A stretch of DNA of 64,000 nt from an uncultured delta proteobacterium (GTDB taxonomy: Bacteria; Desulfobacterota; Binatia; UBA9968). Below are positions 1 to 11,731 of this stretch, in pieces. The position numbers and the translations under genes are program-made. The stretch is from assembly GCA_963816145.1 (NCBI GenBank), contig CAWFJP010000011.1:352001-416000 (forward strand), in the 5' to 3' direction. How positions within the stretch are numbered: the stretch's first letter is position 1; every line of letters starts with the position of its first letter. The notes under the pieces were generated by a model. That model did not search any database, was not told where the DNA came from, and worked only from the letters and a program-made list of their open reading frames with translations.

Positions 1-920
1 AAGAGCGCGCCAAATCGATCTTTAGCCCGCTGCACCACGCGTAGACAATAAGCGATCATAATCACGAACAGCAGCAAGAGTACCGCGCAGCCGACAAAGC
101 CCCACTCCTCGGAAAACACCGCGAAAATAAAATCGGTGTGCTGCTCGGGTAAGAAATTCAAGCGGTTTTGCGTGCCATGGAGCCACCCCTTGCCGAATAG
201 CTTGCCCGAGCCCACAGCAATCTGCGATTGGATCACATGATAGCCGGCACCCAAGGGGTCGCGGTCGGGATCGAGAAAAGTCAGGATGCGATTGCGTTGG
301 TAGGTCTTGAGAAAGTGCCAGCCGATCGGCAAAAACCCGATACCCGCGGCGACCAGGTAAGAAAACGACCGTAGCCGCAAACCGCCCATCAGCACCATGC
401 TTATGAAAACAATGCCGAGAATGATCGCCGTGCCCAGGTCGGGTTGAATCAAAGTCAATAGAATCAGCGGCGCGACGATGACAAACGGCACCCAGAGGTC
501 GCGCAGATAGTATCCTTTGGCCGGCTCGTCGCTCTGAAAATATTTTGCCATAACCAAGACGATGGCGAGCTTGGCGGGTTCCGACGGTTGCAGCCGAAAG
601 AAGCCGAGATTGATCCAGCGCTGTGAACCGCCGCCAGAATGACCAACGATGATGACGAGAACCAAGAGCAGCAGCATCAAGCCGTAGAACGGATAAGCCA
701 GCCGATCGATGTAGTGATAGTCGAAGCTGATCGCCACGAACATCGCGATCAGCCCAAGTCCGAGCCAAGTGAACTGCCGCATCGGCAAGGCGCCGGCGTG
801 GCCGGTGGCGAGATTATAATTGGCGCTATAGATCGTCGTGATACCGATAGCAACAAAGGACAGGACGAGCAGGAAGAGCGTCCAGTCGAAGTGCGAAATC
901 AAACGCCGGTCAATCTGCAC
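1..920 (-). CDS. rodA: Rod shape-determining SEDS glycosyltransferase RodA (3' end runs off the window)
   Basis: Not in the ORF track because it has no stop in the window. Manual translation from GTG at 920 gives MQIDRRLISHFDWTLFLLVL..., and the same frame reads RAKDRFG near position 10. Directly follows mrdA in the mre operon. Confidence 0.92.
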   Translation of the reverse strand, partial: MQIDRRLISHFDWTLFLLVLSFVAIGITTIYSANYNLATGHAGALPMRQFTWLGLGLIAMFVAISFDYHYIDRLAYPFYGLMLLLLVLVIIVGHSGGGSQRWINLGFFRLQPSEPAKLAIVLVMAKYFQSDEPAKGYYLRDLWVPFVIVAPLILLTLIQPDLGTAIILGIVFISMVLMGGLRLRSFSYLVAAGIGFLPIGWHFLKTYQRNRILTFLDPDRDPLGAGYHVIQSQIAVGSGKLFGKGWLHGTQNRLNFLPEQHTDFIFAVFSEEWGFVGCAVLLLLFVIMIAYCLRVVQRAKDRFGAL

Positions 921-2781
921 GGCTTTCTCCCGGCGCCTGCACATGCTGCTTTTCAGCCGCCTGCTTCTGCAATTCGATGAACTTCTCGTAAACTTTCTTG
1001 GCCATCGGCGCCGCCGCATCACCGCCGTGGCCACCATGTTCGACCAGCACGGCGATCGCAACCTGCGGCGACTGCACCGGAGCGTAGGAAACAAACCAGG
1101 CGTGATCGCGGGCGAAGTGGCTTAGCTGTTCGGTTTTCACATAGCCGCCCTTCATTTCGACGACTTGAGCTGTGCCGGTCTTTCCGGCGACTTCGACGAT
1201 CGGCGACTTGGCCATGCCTCCGGTGCCGACTTTGACGACATCGGCAAGTGCCGCATGCACCCGGTTCAGAGTGTCAGGTTTGATGTCGATGGTGCGAATA
1301 AGTTCCGGGCCGAATTCACGCACGCTAGTGCCGTCGACCGATTCCACTTTGCTGACCAATCGCGGACGGTAGAGTTTGCCGCCATTGGCGACCGCAGCCA
1401 TCATATTGGCCATCTGCAAAGGCGTCACGGTCACATAACCTTGACCGATGGCAACCGACAAAGTTTCGCCGGGATACCAAGGTTGGCGGTACCGTTTCAT
1501 CTTCCAGGCCGAGTCGGGAATCGTGCCGTTCCGCTCATCGTCCAAGGCGATACCGGTTTTTTCACCGAGACCGAAGGCGCGCGCCCATTTGGCGATCTTA
1601 TCGACGCCCAACTTGGCGCCCAACTGGTAGTAATAAGTATCGCAGGATTCGACCAGCGATCGATGTAAATTCACCGCGCCATGGCCGCCCTGTTTCCAGT
1701 CGCGAAAGGCGCGATTGCCGAATTGAAAAAAACCCGGATCTGAAATACTGGCGTTGGGATCGACCACACCCTCTTCGAGACCAGCGATGAACATGACGAC
1801 TTTAAACGTCGAGCCCGGCGGGAATTGCCCCTGGGTCGCACGGTTGCTCAACGGCCGCAGCCGGTCCGTAATCAGCGCGTTCCATTCGTTGCCTTTGATG
1901 CCACGGGCAAAGACATTCGGATCGAAAGCCGGCGTACTGGCGAGCGCCAGAATCGCACCCGAGTTGACATCGATGGCGACGATGGTGCCTTCTTTGCCGT
2001 TGAGCGCTTCGTAGGCGGTCTGCTGCATCTGACGATCTAGGGTCAAATGTACGGTGTATCCGGGCACATCATTCACTTGGTGCAGCACGCGCACGCGCCG
2101 GCCGAGGGCGTCGACTTCCACCTGCTGGCCGCCATGCTGTCCACGTAAGACATCCTCCCAGTGCCGTTCAAGCCCGGACTGGCCGATCTCATCACCGACC
2201 AGGTAGCCCTGCTCTTTGTAGTTCTTCAACTGGCGCTGGTTGATCTCGCCCATGTAGCCCAAGATATGCGCAGCGATGGGACCGTCGGCATAACTGCGAC
2301 GCGGCCGGACGCGCAGGCTCACGCCGGGTAAATCGAGCTGGTAGGCCTCCACGGCTACCACCGCAGACCACTCGATATCTCGGCCCAAGACAATTTCATC
2401 GAAGGCGGACCGGCTTTTATTGTCTTCATAAGTCTGCAACATCTCGTCGACATCCCATGAAAGACGTCCGGCGAGTTCGCGCAAGGTCTTTTCCGGCTCC
2501 TTGGCATCTTCCGGAACGAAGATGAGATCGAAGGACGGACGGCTATCAACCAGCAACTCGCCATGACGGTCGTAGATCATGCCGCGGGTGCCGGGAACTC
2601 GCTTCAGCCGTACCCGATTGTTCTCCGACAGGAAGGTGTAACGTTCGCCTTGCACCAACTGCAAATGCACCAGGCGCGCGGTCAACCCGATGAACACGAT
2701 GGCGAGCAGCACATATAGATAGTTCGCGCGCCGGCGAATCTCCGGTGCGCCATCTTGTTTATTGATTTGCAGTGCCGCCAT
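910..2781 (-). CDS. mrdA: Penicillin-binding protein 2
   Basis: N-terminal TM segment, RGMIYDR, PPGSTFK (SxxK), ESCD (SxD), AGKTGTAQ, RDHAWF. Start placed at MAALQ just after the mreD stop. Confidence 0.95.
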   Translation of the reverse strand: MAALQINKQDGAPEIRRRANYLYVLLAIVFIGLTARLVHLQLVQGERYTFLSENNRVRLKRVPGTRGMIYDRHGELLVDSRPSFDLIFVPEDAKEPEKTLRELAGRLSWDVDEMLQTYEDNKSRSAFDEIVLGRDIEWSAVVAVEAYQLDLPGVSLRVRPRRSYADGPIAAHILGYMGEINQRQLKNYKEQGYLVGDEIGQSGLERHWEDVLRGQHGGQQVEVDALGRRVRVLHQVNDVPGYTVHLTLDRQMQQTAYEALNGKEGTIVAIDVNSGAILALASTPAFDPNVFARGIKGNEWNALITDRLRPLSNRATQGQFPPGSTFKVVMFIAGLEEGVVDPNASISDPGFFQFGNRAFRDWKQGGHGAVNLHRSLVESCDTYYYQLGAKLGVDKIAKWARAFGLGEKTGIALDDERNGTIPDSAWKMKRYRQPWYPGETLSVAIGQGYVTVTPLQMANMMAAVANGGKLYRPRLVSKVESVDGTSVREFGPELIRTIDIKPDTLNRVHAALADVVKVGTGGMAKSPIVEVAGKTGTAQVVEMKGGYVKTEQLSHFARDHAWFVSYAPVQSPQVAIAVLVEHGGHGGDAAAPMAKKVYEKFIELQKQAAEKQHVQAPGESRAD

Positions 2782-2785
2782 CGCT

Positions 2786-3292
2786 TTATGGAGCTGCCGG
2801 TGTAAGTTTGTCGACGAAAATTTGACCGCGCCGTAACAGTGCGAAAACCAAAGGCGCGAGAAGCGCCGCCAGCAAAGCCTCCCAGAGCACGTAGCGAGCT
2901 GCGCCCGCCCAGAAACCGTCGACACTCAAAAAGATTGCCCAGATCAACACCATCGTCGCACCTTTGACCAGAGCTGCCAACAAAACCACCACGGAACTGA
3001 CGATCGGGTGATGCAACCAGATCGAGCGGGCGCATAGATAGACCGTTAAATACACGAGCGACATGGCAAAGGCGTTAAAGCCCAAGATCGGGCTTGAAGC
3101 GATATCGATGGAATAACCCAAAAGAAATGATCCGAACGCCGCACCGACGGACGGATGATAGAGGCCTAAGTATACGCATAGGACCAGGATCAAGTCGGGC
3201 ACCACCGGACCGATCGGCAGCAAGTGAAAGAGGGTCGTCTGCAAGACCACGAGAAATATCCCCGCGAAAAAAAACAGTAGGAACAGTTTCAT
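2786..3292 (-). CDS. mreD: Rod shape-determining protein MreD
   Basis: 168 aa hydrophobic protein with a PDL motif, lying between mreC and mrdA. Confidence 0.9.
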   Translation of the reverse strand: MKLFLLFFFAGIFLVVLQTTLFHLLPIGPVVPDLILVLCVYLGLYHPSVGAAFGSFLLGYSIDIASSPILGFNAFAMSLVYLTVYLCARSIWLHHPIVSSVVVLLAALVKGATMVLIWAIFLSVDGFWAGAARYVLWEALLAALLAPLVFALLRRGQIFVDKLTPAAP

Positions 3293-3324
3293 GGGCGCAT
3301 CGTCCAGATTAGCGAATCGGCCGA

Positions 3325-4158
3325 CTACTTTTTCGCTGCTGCGGTTTCCGCACTGACCACCAGCACTTCTTCGACGCGCTCAGCGTGCACAGCCGGCCAC
3401 ACTTCGACGCTTTGAAACAGCCCGCGGTTTTGTTTGCGCACTTTGATCACGGTACCGACCAGCAGGCCCTTTGGGAAAACAGTATCCAAACCGGAGGTCA
3501 CCAGCCGATCACCTTCCTGCACGTCTTCGCTGCGTTTCATGTATTTTAGCACGGTGCCGCTCTCGAGCGAACCGGAAACAATGCCGCGGCTGCGCGTGCG
3601 CTGGACTAATACGTCGATACCGCTGTTCGGATCTGTGAGCAAGAGAACTTTAGCCGTCCGCCCGGTGACGGAAACAACCTTGCCAATAATGCCCAACGGC
3701 GTCACCACCGCCATTCCCTTACGCACGCCATCGGCACTGCCCTTATTGAGGACGCAACTTTGAAACCAGCTGGTCGCGCTATTGGCAATGATCGAAGCGG
3801 TAATTGCGCCGCCCGGTAACTCGCTGCGAAAATCGAGCAATTGCTGCAAGCGCCGGTTGGTCGCTTCGGCTTCCAGCAAGCGCTGCCGTTCGATTTCGAG
3901 AGTTTGAACCCGTTTTCTCAGTCGTTCATTTTCGCCGCGAAAACCGGCAAGGGTGTCATAGTTGTCGCGAAATCCCTTGATCCAATTGGCGGTCCCCTGG
4001 CCGGCGATCTGCAACGGCCGGAGAATCCACATCAACAGCGCGCCGACCGGTTCGTTCTTGATCTGGCCGCGCGCCGTCGCAGTTAAGATATAAAGCGAAA
4101 GAAGGAGACAAAAACAGGAGCTAAAGAGGATTTGGTTCCTGCGTAGGTAAGCAAGCAT
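3325..4158 (-). CDS. mreC: Rod shape-determining protein MreC
   Basis: TM segment plus coiled coil (ENERLR), NKGSADGV, VTSGLDTVFPKGLLVG motifs. Confidence 0.95.
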   Translation of the reverse strand: MLAYLRRNQILFSSCFCLLLSLYILTATARGQIKNEPVGALLMWILRPLQIAGQGTANWIKGFRDNYDTLAGFRGENERLRKRVQTLEIERQRLLEAEATNRRLQQLLDFRSELPGGAITASIIANSATSWFQSCVLNKGSADGVRKGMAVVTPLGIIGKVVSVTGRTAKVLLLTDPNSGIDVLVQRTRSRGIVSGSLESGTVLKYMKRSEDVQEGDRLVTSGLDTVFPKGLLVGTVIKVRKQNRGLFQSVEVWPAVHAERVEEVLVVSAETAAAKK

Positions 4159-4205
4159 GGCAGGCTCGATCGTCCCCGAAATACCGAATCCATCAGGGCG
4201 CCGGT

Positions 4206-5314
<1,109 letters not shown>

Positions 5315-5362
5315 GGTAATGAAAAATCTACGGAAAATTCGTTTTAATAGAACTCCCGCGGG

Positions 5363-5391
5363 TTGCATATCTGGAGGCCATTTTTTATCAT
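5363..5391 (+). promoter_or_regulatory. Putative sigma-70 promoter of the PpiD-like gene
   Basis: TTGCAT-N17-TATCAT, 45 nt upstream of the ATG at 5437. Confidence 0.55.
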
Positions 5392-5436
5392 ACCTGGGCT
5401 AGTTTTACGTCGTTTTCACGAAAGGTTCGACCACCG

Positions 5437-7347
5437 ATGCTCGATTTTCTCCGCAAAAGAAAAAGGAACTGGGCGATCCTCTTCCTGCTCGTGCTCATTA
5501 TCATCGTTTTCGTGGCGTTTTATGGCGGCAACAAGATGGGCGACCGCGCCACTTCTGAAGTGGCGATGATCAACGGCGAACCGATCAGCCAACGCGAATT
5601 CGCGATGGAGTATCAGCGCGCTGTCGAACGTTATCGCGAGATGCTCAAGGGCCAGCTCACCGAAGAAATGATCAAGGGGCTCAATCTTAAGGGCAACATC
5701 GTCGAAGGCCTAGTGCAAAAAAAGTTGGTCTTGCAGGAAGCCCGGAGTCTTGGACTGTTAGCCACCGACGACGATGTCGCCAATCAGTTGGCGAAAGTGC
5801 CGGAGTTCCAAGTCGCCGGTCGCTTCAACAAAGATCGCTACTTGCAAATTTTGCAGGCAAACCGCCTGCAACCGGCGCAATTCGAAGAAGACCAACGCAA
5901 CCAGATCACGCTGCAACGGCTCTACAACATCATTCTCGACTCGGTTCAGGTCAGCGACGCAGAGGTGCGCGAGCGCTACCGGCTCGATCAAGAAAAAATC
6001 AATCTGGAATACGTCAAATTAACGGTCAACGACTTCACATCCCAGGTCAAACTCACCGAAGAAGACATCAAACAGTTCTATGATCGCAACAAAGAATCTT
6101 TGAAAGAACCGCTCAGGATTCAAGTCGAATATCTGACCTACCCCTTCGAGCAGTTCGCCGCCAATGCCCGAGTGAGCGCGAAAGAGATCGAAGAGTATTA
6201 CCAAAACAATCAGAAAACCAAATTTCACCGGCCCCGCGAGGCAAAGATTCGCTACATCGCCCTCGCCGTCGCACCCACCGCCAGCGCCGAAGAAAAGAAA
6301 GCGGTGATGGCCAAAGCTGAAGCGATCGTCAAAGAAGCGCGCCACGGCAAAGACTTTGCTCAGTTAGCCAAAAAACTATCGGCCGATCCGACCGCGGCCA
6401 AAGGCGGCGATGTCGGCTGGGTCGTCCAAGGCCAGATGCCGCCAGACGTCGATAAACTCATTTTCGGTATCGGCAAGGGCGATGTCAGTGATCCGGTGGC
6501 GACCCCCGGCGGTGTGCAAATTTTTAAGATCGACGACGTGCGCGACGAAAAAAATCTAACTTTGAAAGAAGCCACGGCGGAAATCACACAGATCCTCAAG
6601 ACCGAACAGGCGAAGAAAGAAGCCGGCAAGGTCGCTGACAACGATCGCGTCAAAGCCCAGGCGGGCGCCGAATTTGCCAAACTGGCGCAAGAATCCGGCG
6701 TCTCGGTGAAAGACACGAAATTATTCGCGGCCGGAGAAATCCTCCCCGAGTTTGGCCAGAACCAGGATATTTACAAAATCGCTTTCGGCCTTGGGCCGAA
6801 AGACATCAGTCAGATCATCGAAGCTAATAGCGCTTATGTTTTTATCCGCATCAAGCAACGCAAAGAACCGGCGGTGCCGCCCCTGGAAAGTGTCAAAGAC
6901 CAAGTCGAAAAGGGCGCCAAGGAAGCCAAGGCATACGAGCTGATGTTGCAAAAGGGCAATAGCCTGCTCGACCAACTGAAGAAAGAAAAAGATCTCGCCA
7001 AACTCGCCGCGGCCAACGATCTGAAAGTCGAAGAGACCGGCTGGTTTCAACGCAATGCGCCCCAGCTGCCAAAAATAGGCGATCTCGCCGATTTGCGCGG
7101 CGGCGGCCTGTCGTTATCGGCTCAGAAGCCGGTGGCCGACAAGCTTTACACGCAGAAGGATGCGGCCTATATCCTCGAGTTCAAAGGAAATCAGCCTGCC
7201 GATATGGAGCAATTCGACAGAGAGAAGGCGCTCTTGAAGAAACAAGCCATCGTGGAGAACCGCCAGCGCGCTTTGGCTAAGTTCCTCGAAACTCTCAAGG
7301 CCAAGGCGAAAATAAAATTCAACAACGATTTCTTAGAAGCGAGCTAA
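5437..7347 (+). CDS. SurA N-terminal domain/parvulin periplasmic chaperone (PpiD-like)
   Basis: N-terminal TM anchor, SurA-like helical region, rotamase motif DFAQLAKKLSADPTAAKGGDVGW; 636 aa. Confidence 0.85.
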   Translation: MLDFLRKRKRNWAILFLLVLIIIVFVAFYGGNKMGDRATSEVAMINGEPISQREFAMEYQRAVERYREMLKGQLTEEMIKGLNLKGNIVEGLVQKKLVLQEARSLGLLATDDDVANQLAKVPEFQVAGRFNKDRYLQILQANRLQPAQFEEDQRNQITLQRLYNIILDSVQVSDAEVRERYRLDQEKINLEYVKLTVNDFTSQVKLTEEDIKQFYDRNKESLKEPLRIQVEYLTYPFEQFAANARVSAKEIEEYYQNNQKTKFHRPREAKIRYIALAVAPTASAEEKKAVMAKAEAIVKEARHGKDFAQLAKKLSADPTAAKGGDVGWVVQGQMPPDVDKLIFGIGKGDVSDPVATPGGVQIFKIDDVRDEKNLTLKEATAEITQILKTEQAKKEAGKVADNDRVKAQAGAEFAKLAQESGVSVKDTKLFAAGEILPEFGQNQDIYKIAFGLGPKDISQIIEANSAYVFIRIKQRKEPAVPPLESVKDQVEKGAKEAKAYELMLQKGNSLLDQLKKEKDLAKLAAANDLKVEETGWFQRNAPQLPKIGDLADLRGGGLSLSAQKPVADKLYTQKDAAYILEFKGNQPADMEQFDREKALLKKQAIVENRQRALAKFLETLKAKAKIKFNNDFLEAS

Positions 7348-7370
7348 GCGGGCGTCCGCGGAATCCCAAC

Positions 7371-8003
7371 GTGCAAATCGTTCTCGTGCGCCACGGCGCG
7401 ACCGACTGGAATCTGGAACATCGCTGCCAAGGTTCGAGCGATCGCGATCTGAGCGATGTCGGACTGCGCCAAGCCGAAGAGATCGCCGAGCGGTTGCGCC
7501 AGGAAATCATTCACGGCGTCTATTCAAGCGATTTGAAGCGGGCGCGGCGTACCGCTGAAGTCATTAGCGAACATCACAAACTGCCGGTGATGATCGAGGC
7601 AAGCATTCGCGAACTCGATCACGGCCATTTGGAAGGACTGACGTTCAACGAAATCAAACAGAACTATGGCGATTTTCTCGCGCGCTGGCGCAGCGAACCG
7701 GCGGAGCTGCAAGTACCCGGCGGCGAGCGCTTAGCCGATGTCGCCGAGCGCGCCTGGTTGGGGATTAATCAAATTGCCTCGCGCCATGAGGTCTCGGACA
7801 CAGTCGTCGTCGTCAGCCATAATTTCCCGATTCTCGGCATCGTCTGCCGCATCACCGGAACCCACTTGAACGAATACCGCAATTTTCACTTGGACCCCTG
7901 CGGCGTGAGCCGGCTACACCGTAACAGTGATGGCTCTTGGCAAGTGACCCATATCAACGGCGACGAATACGAAAAACATCGGGGCCGGGCGATCCCGACC
8001 TGA
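7371..8003 (+). CDS. Histidine phosphatase family protein (phosphoglycerate mutase-like)
   Basis: VRHG, YSSDLKRA, ELDHG, PGGE and VVSH motifs. Confidence 0.9.
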   Translation: MQIVLVRHGATDWNLEHRCQGSSDRDLSDVGLRQAEEIAERLRQEIIHGVYSSDLKRARRTAEVISEHHKLPVMIEASIRELDHGHLEGLTFNEIKQNYGDFLARWRSEPAELQVPGGERLADVAERAWLGINQIASRHEVSDTVVVVSHNFPILGIVCRITGTHLNEYRNFHLDPCGVSRLHRNSDGSWQVTHINGDEYEKHRGRAIPT

Positions 8004-8044
8004 CATAGCACCCAAGCTAGACACCGTGCGCAAAGCGCAGCCGC

Positions 8045-9583
8045 TCACTCACGCTTGGCGATCCAACCGATAAGGAAAAATATGACCGCCATCGCGAGGT
8101 AGGCGATAAAAAACTCCGGCGCCGCCATCAGGCCAAACCGGCTGGTAATCCCTCCGGCTGCGAGTTGGTAGGCGTGGATAATACCGAAGGCAGACAGCAG
8201 CGCCGCCGCGACCGACCACAGCCCGGCATGAGCAAACTTTCTCTCGATCAAGGCAACGCCAATAGCGGCTAATATCATTGATGTGAAAATAAAGCCGCGC
8301 TCCAACGAGATCATGCCGTGAATCGCGATGCTCTCATGGCTGAACCTTCCGAGACCGACCTCAAAGAGCGACTTGCCCGCCGCGCGCAGTCCGGTTTCGA
8401 CCATCATCAAACCCCATCCCGCCAACGCCGGCACCAGCCCCAGCGCCACCGCCGGCGCATGCTCCTTCGGCGTTTCCTGAAACGATTGAGCGACGATGAT
8501 GATGCCGATGTAGAGGAGAATGCCGATACCCGCCTCTAACGGAATGAGACCGAGCACCGCCTGAATCGTGCCGGTTAGACAAAGAAACGCGATGAAAATG
8601 CCGTTGAGCGAGGAATAGCCTGAGCGCGCTCCGAGCCGTTTCCAACCGGGATGGCCGATGTAGATCGTGGTTGGAAACACGCTGCCGAACAGCGACGCCA
8701 CCACTGAACCGATGCCGTTGGCCATCAGCGACGGGAAAGTTTCGTAGCGGTCGCCGGCCGCTTCGGCGCTCTCGATGTTTTGCAGCGAGCCGACCACATT
8801 GAAAATCCCCATGGGAAAGATCACCGAAAAATAATTGAGAAACGCCGGATCGACGAGCGCTTCCCAGAGCGAATCGCCGGTAAACACCGGCAGCGACAAC
8901 GATCCATGCAGCGATAAGGTCTTACCATTCATGGAACCGAGCGCCCAACCGAGGATCGTCCCGACGGCGATAGCAACCAGGCCTCCCGGCAGGCCCAGGG
9001 GCATTTTCTGATGCGCAAAATAAGCGACGAAGATCAGCGCCATCGGCACCAGCGCCACCAGCGGCTGGGCGAATATTTTGAAAGTGAAATCCATCGCGAT
9101 GAAAGTAATCGCGATGCCGGACAAAGCCGAAAGCAAAGCCGCCCGCGGCGTCACCCGGCGCACCGCGTCGGCAACGAACGCGCCGAGGATTTCTATCACA
9201 CCGTTGAGAAAGCACGCGACCAGGCCAACCTTCCACGCCCAAACCGGGTCTTTGGTCTCTTGCACGATCGGCAACATAATGAAAAAAACAAAGGCGAACA
9301 GACTCACGGTATTGATGCCGTAAGGCAATGCCGTGACATCTTCGCGTCCGCTCTCCTGGGCCAACCGGCGCGCCTGCCAGGCGTAAAAAAAATTGCCGAC
9401 CAGAATGGAAATCGCCGCCCCTGGGAGGATCTTGCCGAAAATGTAACTATCCGGCAGACGAATCAGCTCGCGGCACAGCCCGACGATTAATATTAACTGG
9501 ATGAGATTGTCGATCATCAACCCGAAAAAACCGTCGAGATCTTTACGGACAAACCAAGATGGATTGGAAGCTGGTTGCGCCAT
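8045..9583 (-). CDS. NCS2/AzgA-like permease
   Basis: 512 aa polytopic protein with DLDGFFGL, TALPYGIN and PTTIYIGHPGWK motifs. Confidence 0.8.
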   Translation of the reverse strand: MAQPASNPSWFVRKDLDGFFGLMIDNLIQLILIVGLCRELIRLPDSYIFGKILPGAAISILVGNFFYAWQARRLAQESGREDVTALPYGINTVSLFAFVFFIMLPIVQETKDPVWAWKVGLVACFLNGVIEILGAFVADAVRRVTPRAALLSALSGIAITFIAMDFTFKIFAQPLVALVPMALIFVAYFAHQKMPLGLPGGLVAIAVGTILGWALGSMNGKTLSLHGSLSLPVFTGDSLWEALVDPAFLNYFSVIFPMGIFNVVGSLQNIESAEAAGDRYETFPSLMANGIGSVVASLFGSVFPTTIYIGHPGWKRLGARSGYSSLNGIFIAFLCLTGTIQAVLGLIPLEAGIGILLYIGIIIVAQSFQETPKEHAPAVALGLVPALAGWGLMMVETGLRAAGKSLFEVGLGRFSHESIAIHGMISLERGFIFTSMILAAIGVALIERKFAHAGLWSVAAALLSAFGIIHAYQLAAGGITSRFGLMAAPEFFIAYLAMAVIFFLIGWIAKRE

Positions 9584-9703
9584 ATGCGTAGAAAACTCCG
9601 CTTTAGGTTGGCCGACTCTAGCTGTCGATCCTCAACGATGTCAAATCTTGTCGAGAAACCCAACTTGAAACCCCGAAGTATGGACGATAATAGTGTGAGA
9701 TAT

Positions 9704-10396
9704 ATGTTGACCTTGCAGTTCAGAAATTTGGGAACACTAGACTACCTCACCGCCGTCCAATTACAGGAGCGGCTGGTCGCGATTAAGCAGCAGGAATCAC
9801 TGGCGAACATTCTTCTGTTCGTCGAACATCCCCATGTTTACACCCTTGGACGCGGCGGCAAAGATGCGAACATACTCGCGCCGCTGGACGTACCCGTGCA
9901 TCGCACCAGCCGCGGCGGCGATGTGACCTATCATGGTCCTGGCCAGTTAGTGGTTTATCCGATCGTCGATCTGCGCTCTAAACTACGTACGGACGTGCAC
10001 CGGTATGTCAGGAACTTGGAGCAAAGCACGATTTTGACGCTAGCGGATTTTGGCATCGCCACGACCCGCCGCCCGCCGCACACGGGAATCTGGATCGGCG
10101 ATCGAAAAATCGCCGCCATCGGTGTCGCCGTGCGGCGCTGCATCACCTATCACGGTCTCGCGCTCAACGTGAACACCGACCTGTCATACTTCCAGCGCAT
10201 CGTTCCCTGCGGCCTGGCCTGGGCGGACGTGACTTCGATGAAACAGGAACTCGGAGTCGAACAGAGTTTAAGCGACGTTCGACAGCGGTTTCTCCATCAT
10301 TTCGCCGAAATTTCCGGTTATCGTGATATCGTTGACGGTACCAAGCAGTCCGACGAATTGAACGTTTTGAACGGCTTGAACGATTTGAACCTCTAA
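9704..10396 (+). CDS. lipB: Octanoyltransferase LipB
   Basis: EHPHVYTLGR, RGGDVTYHGPGQLV, KIAAIG, HGLALNV, IVPCG motifs; adjacent to lipA. Confidence 0.95.
   Translation: MLTLQFRNLGTLDYLTAVQLQERLVAIKQQESLANILLFVEHPHVYTLGRGGKDANILAPLDVPVHRTSRGGDVTYHGPGQLVVYPIVDLRSKLRTDVHRYVRNLEQSTILTLADFGIATTRRPPHTGIWIGDRKIAAIGVAVRRCITYHGLALNVNTDLSYFQRIVPCGLAWADVTSMKQELGVEQSLSDVRQRFLHHFAEISGYRDIVDGTKQSDELNVLNGLNDLNL
10358..10393 (+). repeat. Four-copy 9-bp tandem repeat TTGAACNNN
   Basis: ttgaacgtt ttgaacggc ttgaacgat ttgaacctc; a second array lies at 13112-13147. Confidence 0.85.
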
Positions 10397-10401
10397 TTTC
10401 T

Positions 10402-11250
10402 ATGCCCCGCCGCCACCCCGATTGGATCAAGGTCAAAGCTCCGGGTAACCCTAACTACCTGCGGCTCAAAAAATTGATGCGCGAGAAAAATCTCCACACC
10501 GTGTGCGAGGAAGCCCGCTGTCCGAACATCGGCGAGTGCTGGGGCAACAAGACCGCGACGTTTCTAATTCTCGGCGATACCTGCACGCGCGGCTGCCGCT
10601 TCTGCGCGATCGATAAGGGTAAGCCGCTGGCGCTCGATCCGGAAGAACCGCGCAACGTTGGCCTCACTGTCAAAGAGTTAGGCCTGGACCACATCGTCGT
10701 CACGTCGGTGAACCGCGACGATCTGCCTGACGGCGGCGCCAGCCATTTTGCCAAGACAGTATTCTGGATCAAGAGTTTGAATCCTGGCATCCGCGTCGAA
10801 TTACTAATTCCCGACTTCGAGGGCAATCTCGATGCGCTCAAGATCGCGGTCAGTTCCGGCATTGAAATTTTAAATCACAACATCGAAACCGTGCCGCGGC
10901 TCTACGGCAAGGTCCGACCGGGTCACACCTATGAATGCTCCGTGAATATCCTAAAAACCGCGAAGGAATTCCGGCCAGAGGTTCTCACCAAGACCGGCAT
11001 GATGTTGGGCGTCGGCGAAACCAAAGAAGAAGTAATGACGACACTGCACGACCTGAAGGAAAACCATGTCGATATCGTTACGCTCGGACAGTACCTGCAA
11101 CCTTCGCCGAAACTGATGAAAGTCGAACGCTACCTGCACCCAGATGAGTTCGAAGGATTCAAAACCGAAGCCGACAAACTCGGCTTTCGCCATGTGGAAT
11201 CAGGTCCTCTGGTGCGTAGCTCCTATCACGCGTGGAGCCATGTCAATTAG
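10402..11250 (+). CDS. lipA: Lipoyl synthase
   Basis: CEEARCPNIGEC and CTRGCRFC clusters; C-terminal VRSSY. Confidence 0.97.
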   Translation: MPRRHPDWIKVKAPGNPNYLRLKKLMREKNLHTVCEEARCPNIGECWGNKTATFLILGDTCTRGCRFCAIDKGKPLALDPEEPRNVGLTVKELGLDHIVVTSVNRDDLPDGGASHFAKTVFWIKSLNPGIRVELLIPDFEGNLDALKIAVSSGIEILNHNIETVPRLYGKVRPGHTYECSVNILKTAKEFRPEVLTKTGMMLGVGETKEEVMTTLHDLKENHVDIVTLGQYLQPSPKLMKVERYLHPDEFEGFKTEADKLGFRHVESGPLVRSSYHAWSHVN

Positions 11251-11357
11251 GATCGAGGATCGATGATGGCGGATAGAATTATTCGATTCTAAATCTTTCA
11301 TCCTCTATCCTCGGTTGGACCATAATGAATCCTGTGAATCACGAAGGGAGAATCGCC

Positions 11358-11724
11358 ATGAAAGTCTTGCGCATGCGCTCGTGGAACATTCACGCGCCGA
11401 ACTTGGATCAAATGGCGCGCTTCTATCAAGACGCGCTCGGCGCCGAGATCACCGCCGAACAAACCATCGCCGGCGTCAAAGTGTTTCGCTTACGCGCCGG
11501 AGAAACCGGAGTCGGTCTATTCGACGCCGCGGAAAAGCACGCTCCCGGCGTGCCGCATCATACCTTCGATATCGAAGGACCGAAGGAGCCGCAGGAATTG
11601 ATCAAGGAGCTGGATAGCAAAAGGCATCAAAACCGACGGCATGCGCGTGCACGGCCAAGGTCCGGGCTATTCGGTTTACATCATCGATCCGGGTGGCAAT
11701 CGAATCGAGTTGTCGAAGGATTAG
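11358..11724 (+). CDS. VOC/glyoxalase family protein (one frameshift near 11620)
   Basis: N-terminus DQMARFYQDALG; removing one A in gcaaaagg restores KGIKTDG...YSVYIIDPGGNRIELSKD*, a typical VOC C-terminus. Confidence 0.8.
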
Positions 11725-11731
11725 ACGTCTG

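Noticed and set aside
22-768. 248-aa minus-strand ORF and the many other shadow ORFs in the track
   Set aside because: They are alternative frames of recognisable genes such as rodA, expected in GC-rich DNA, and lack family motifs.
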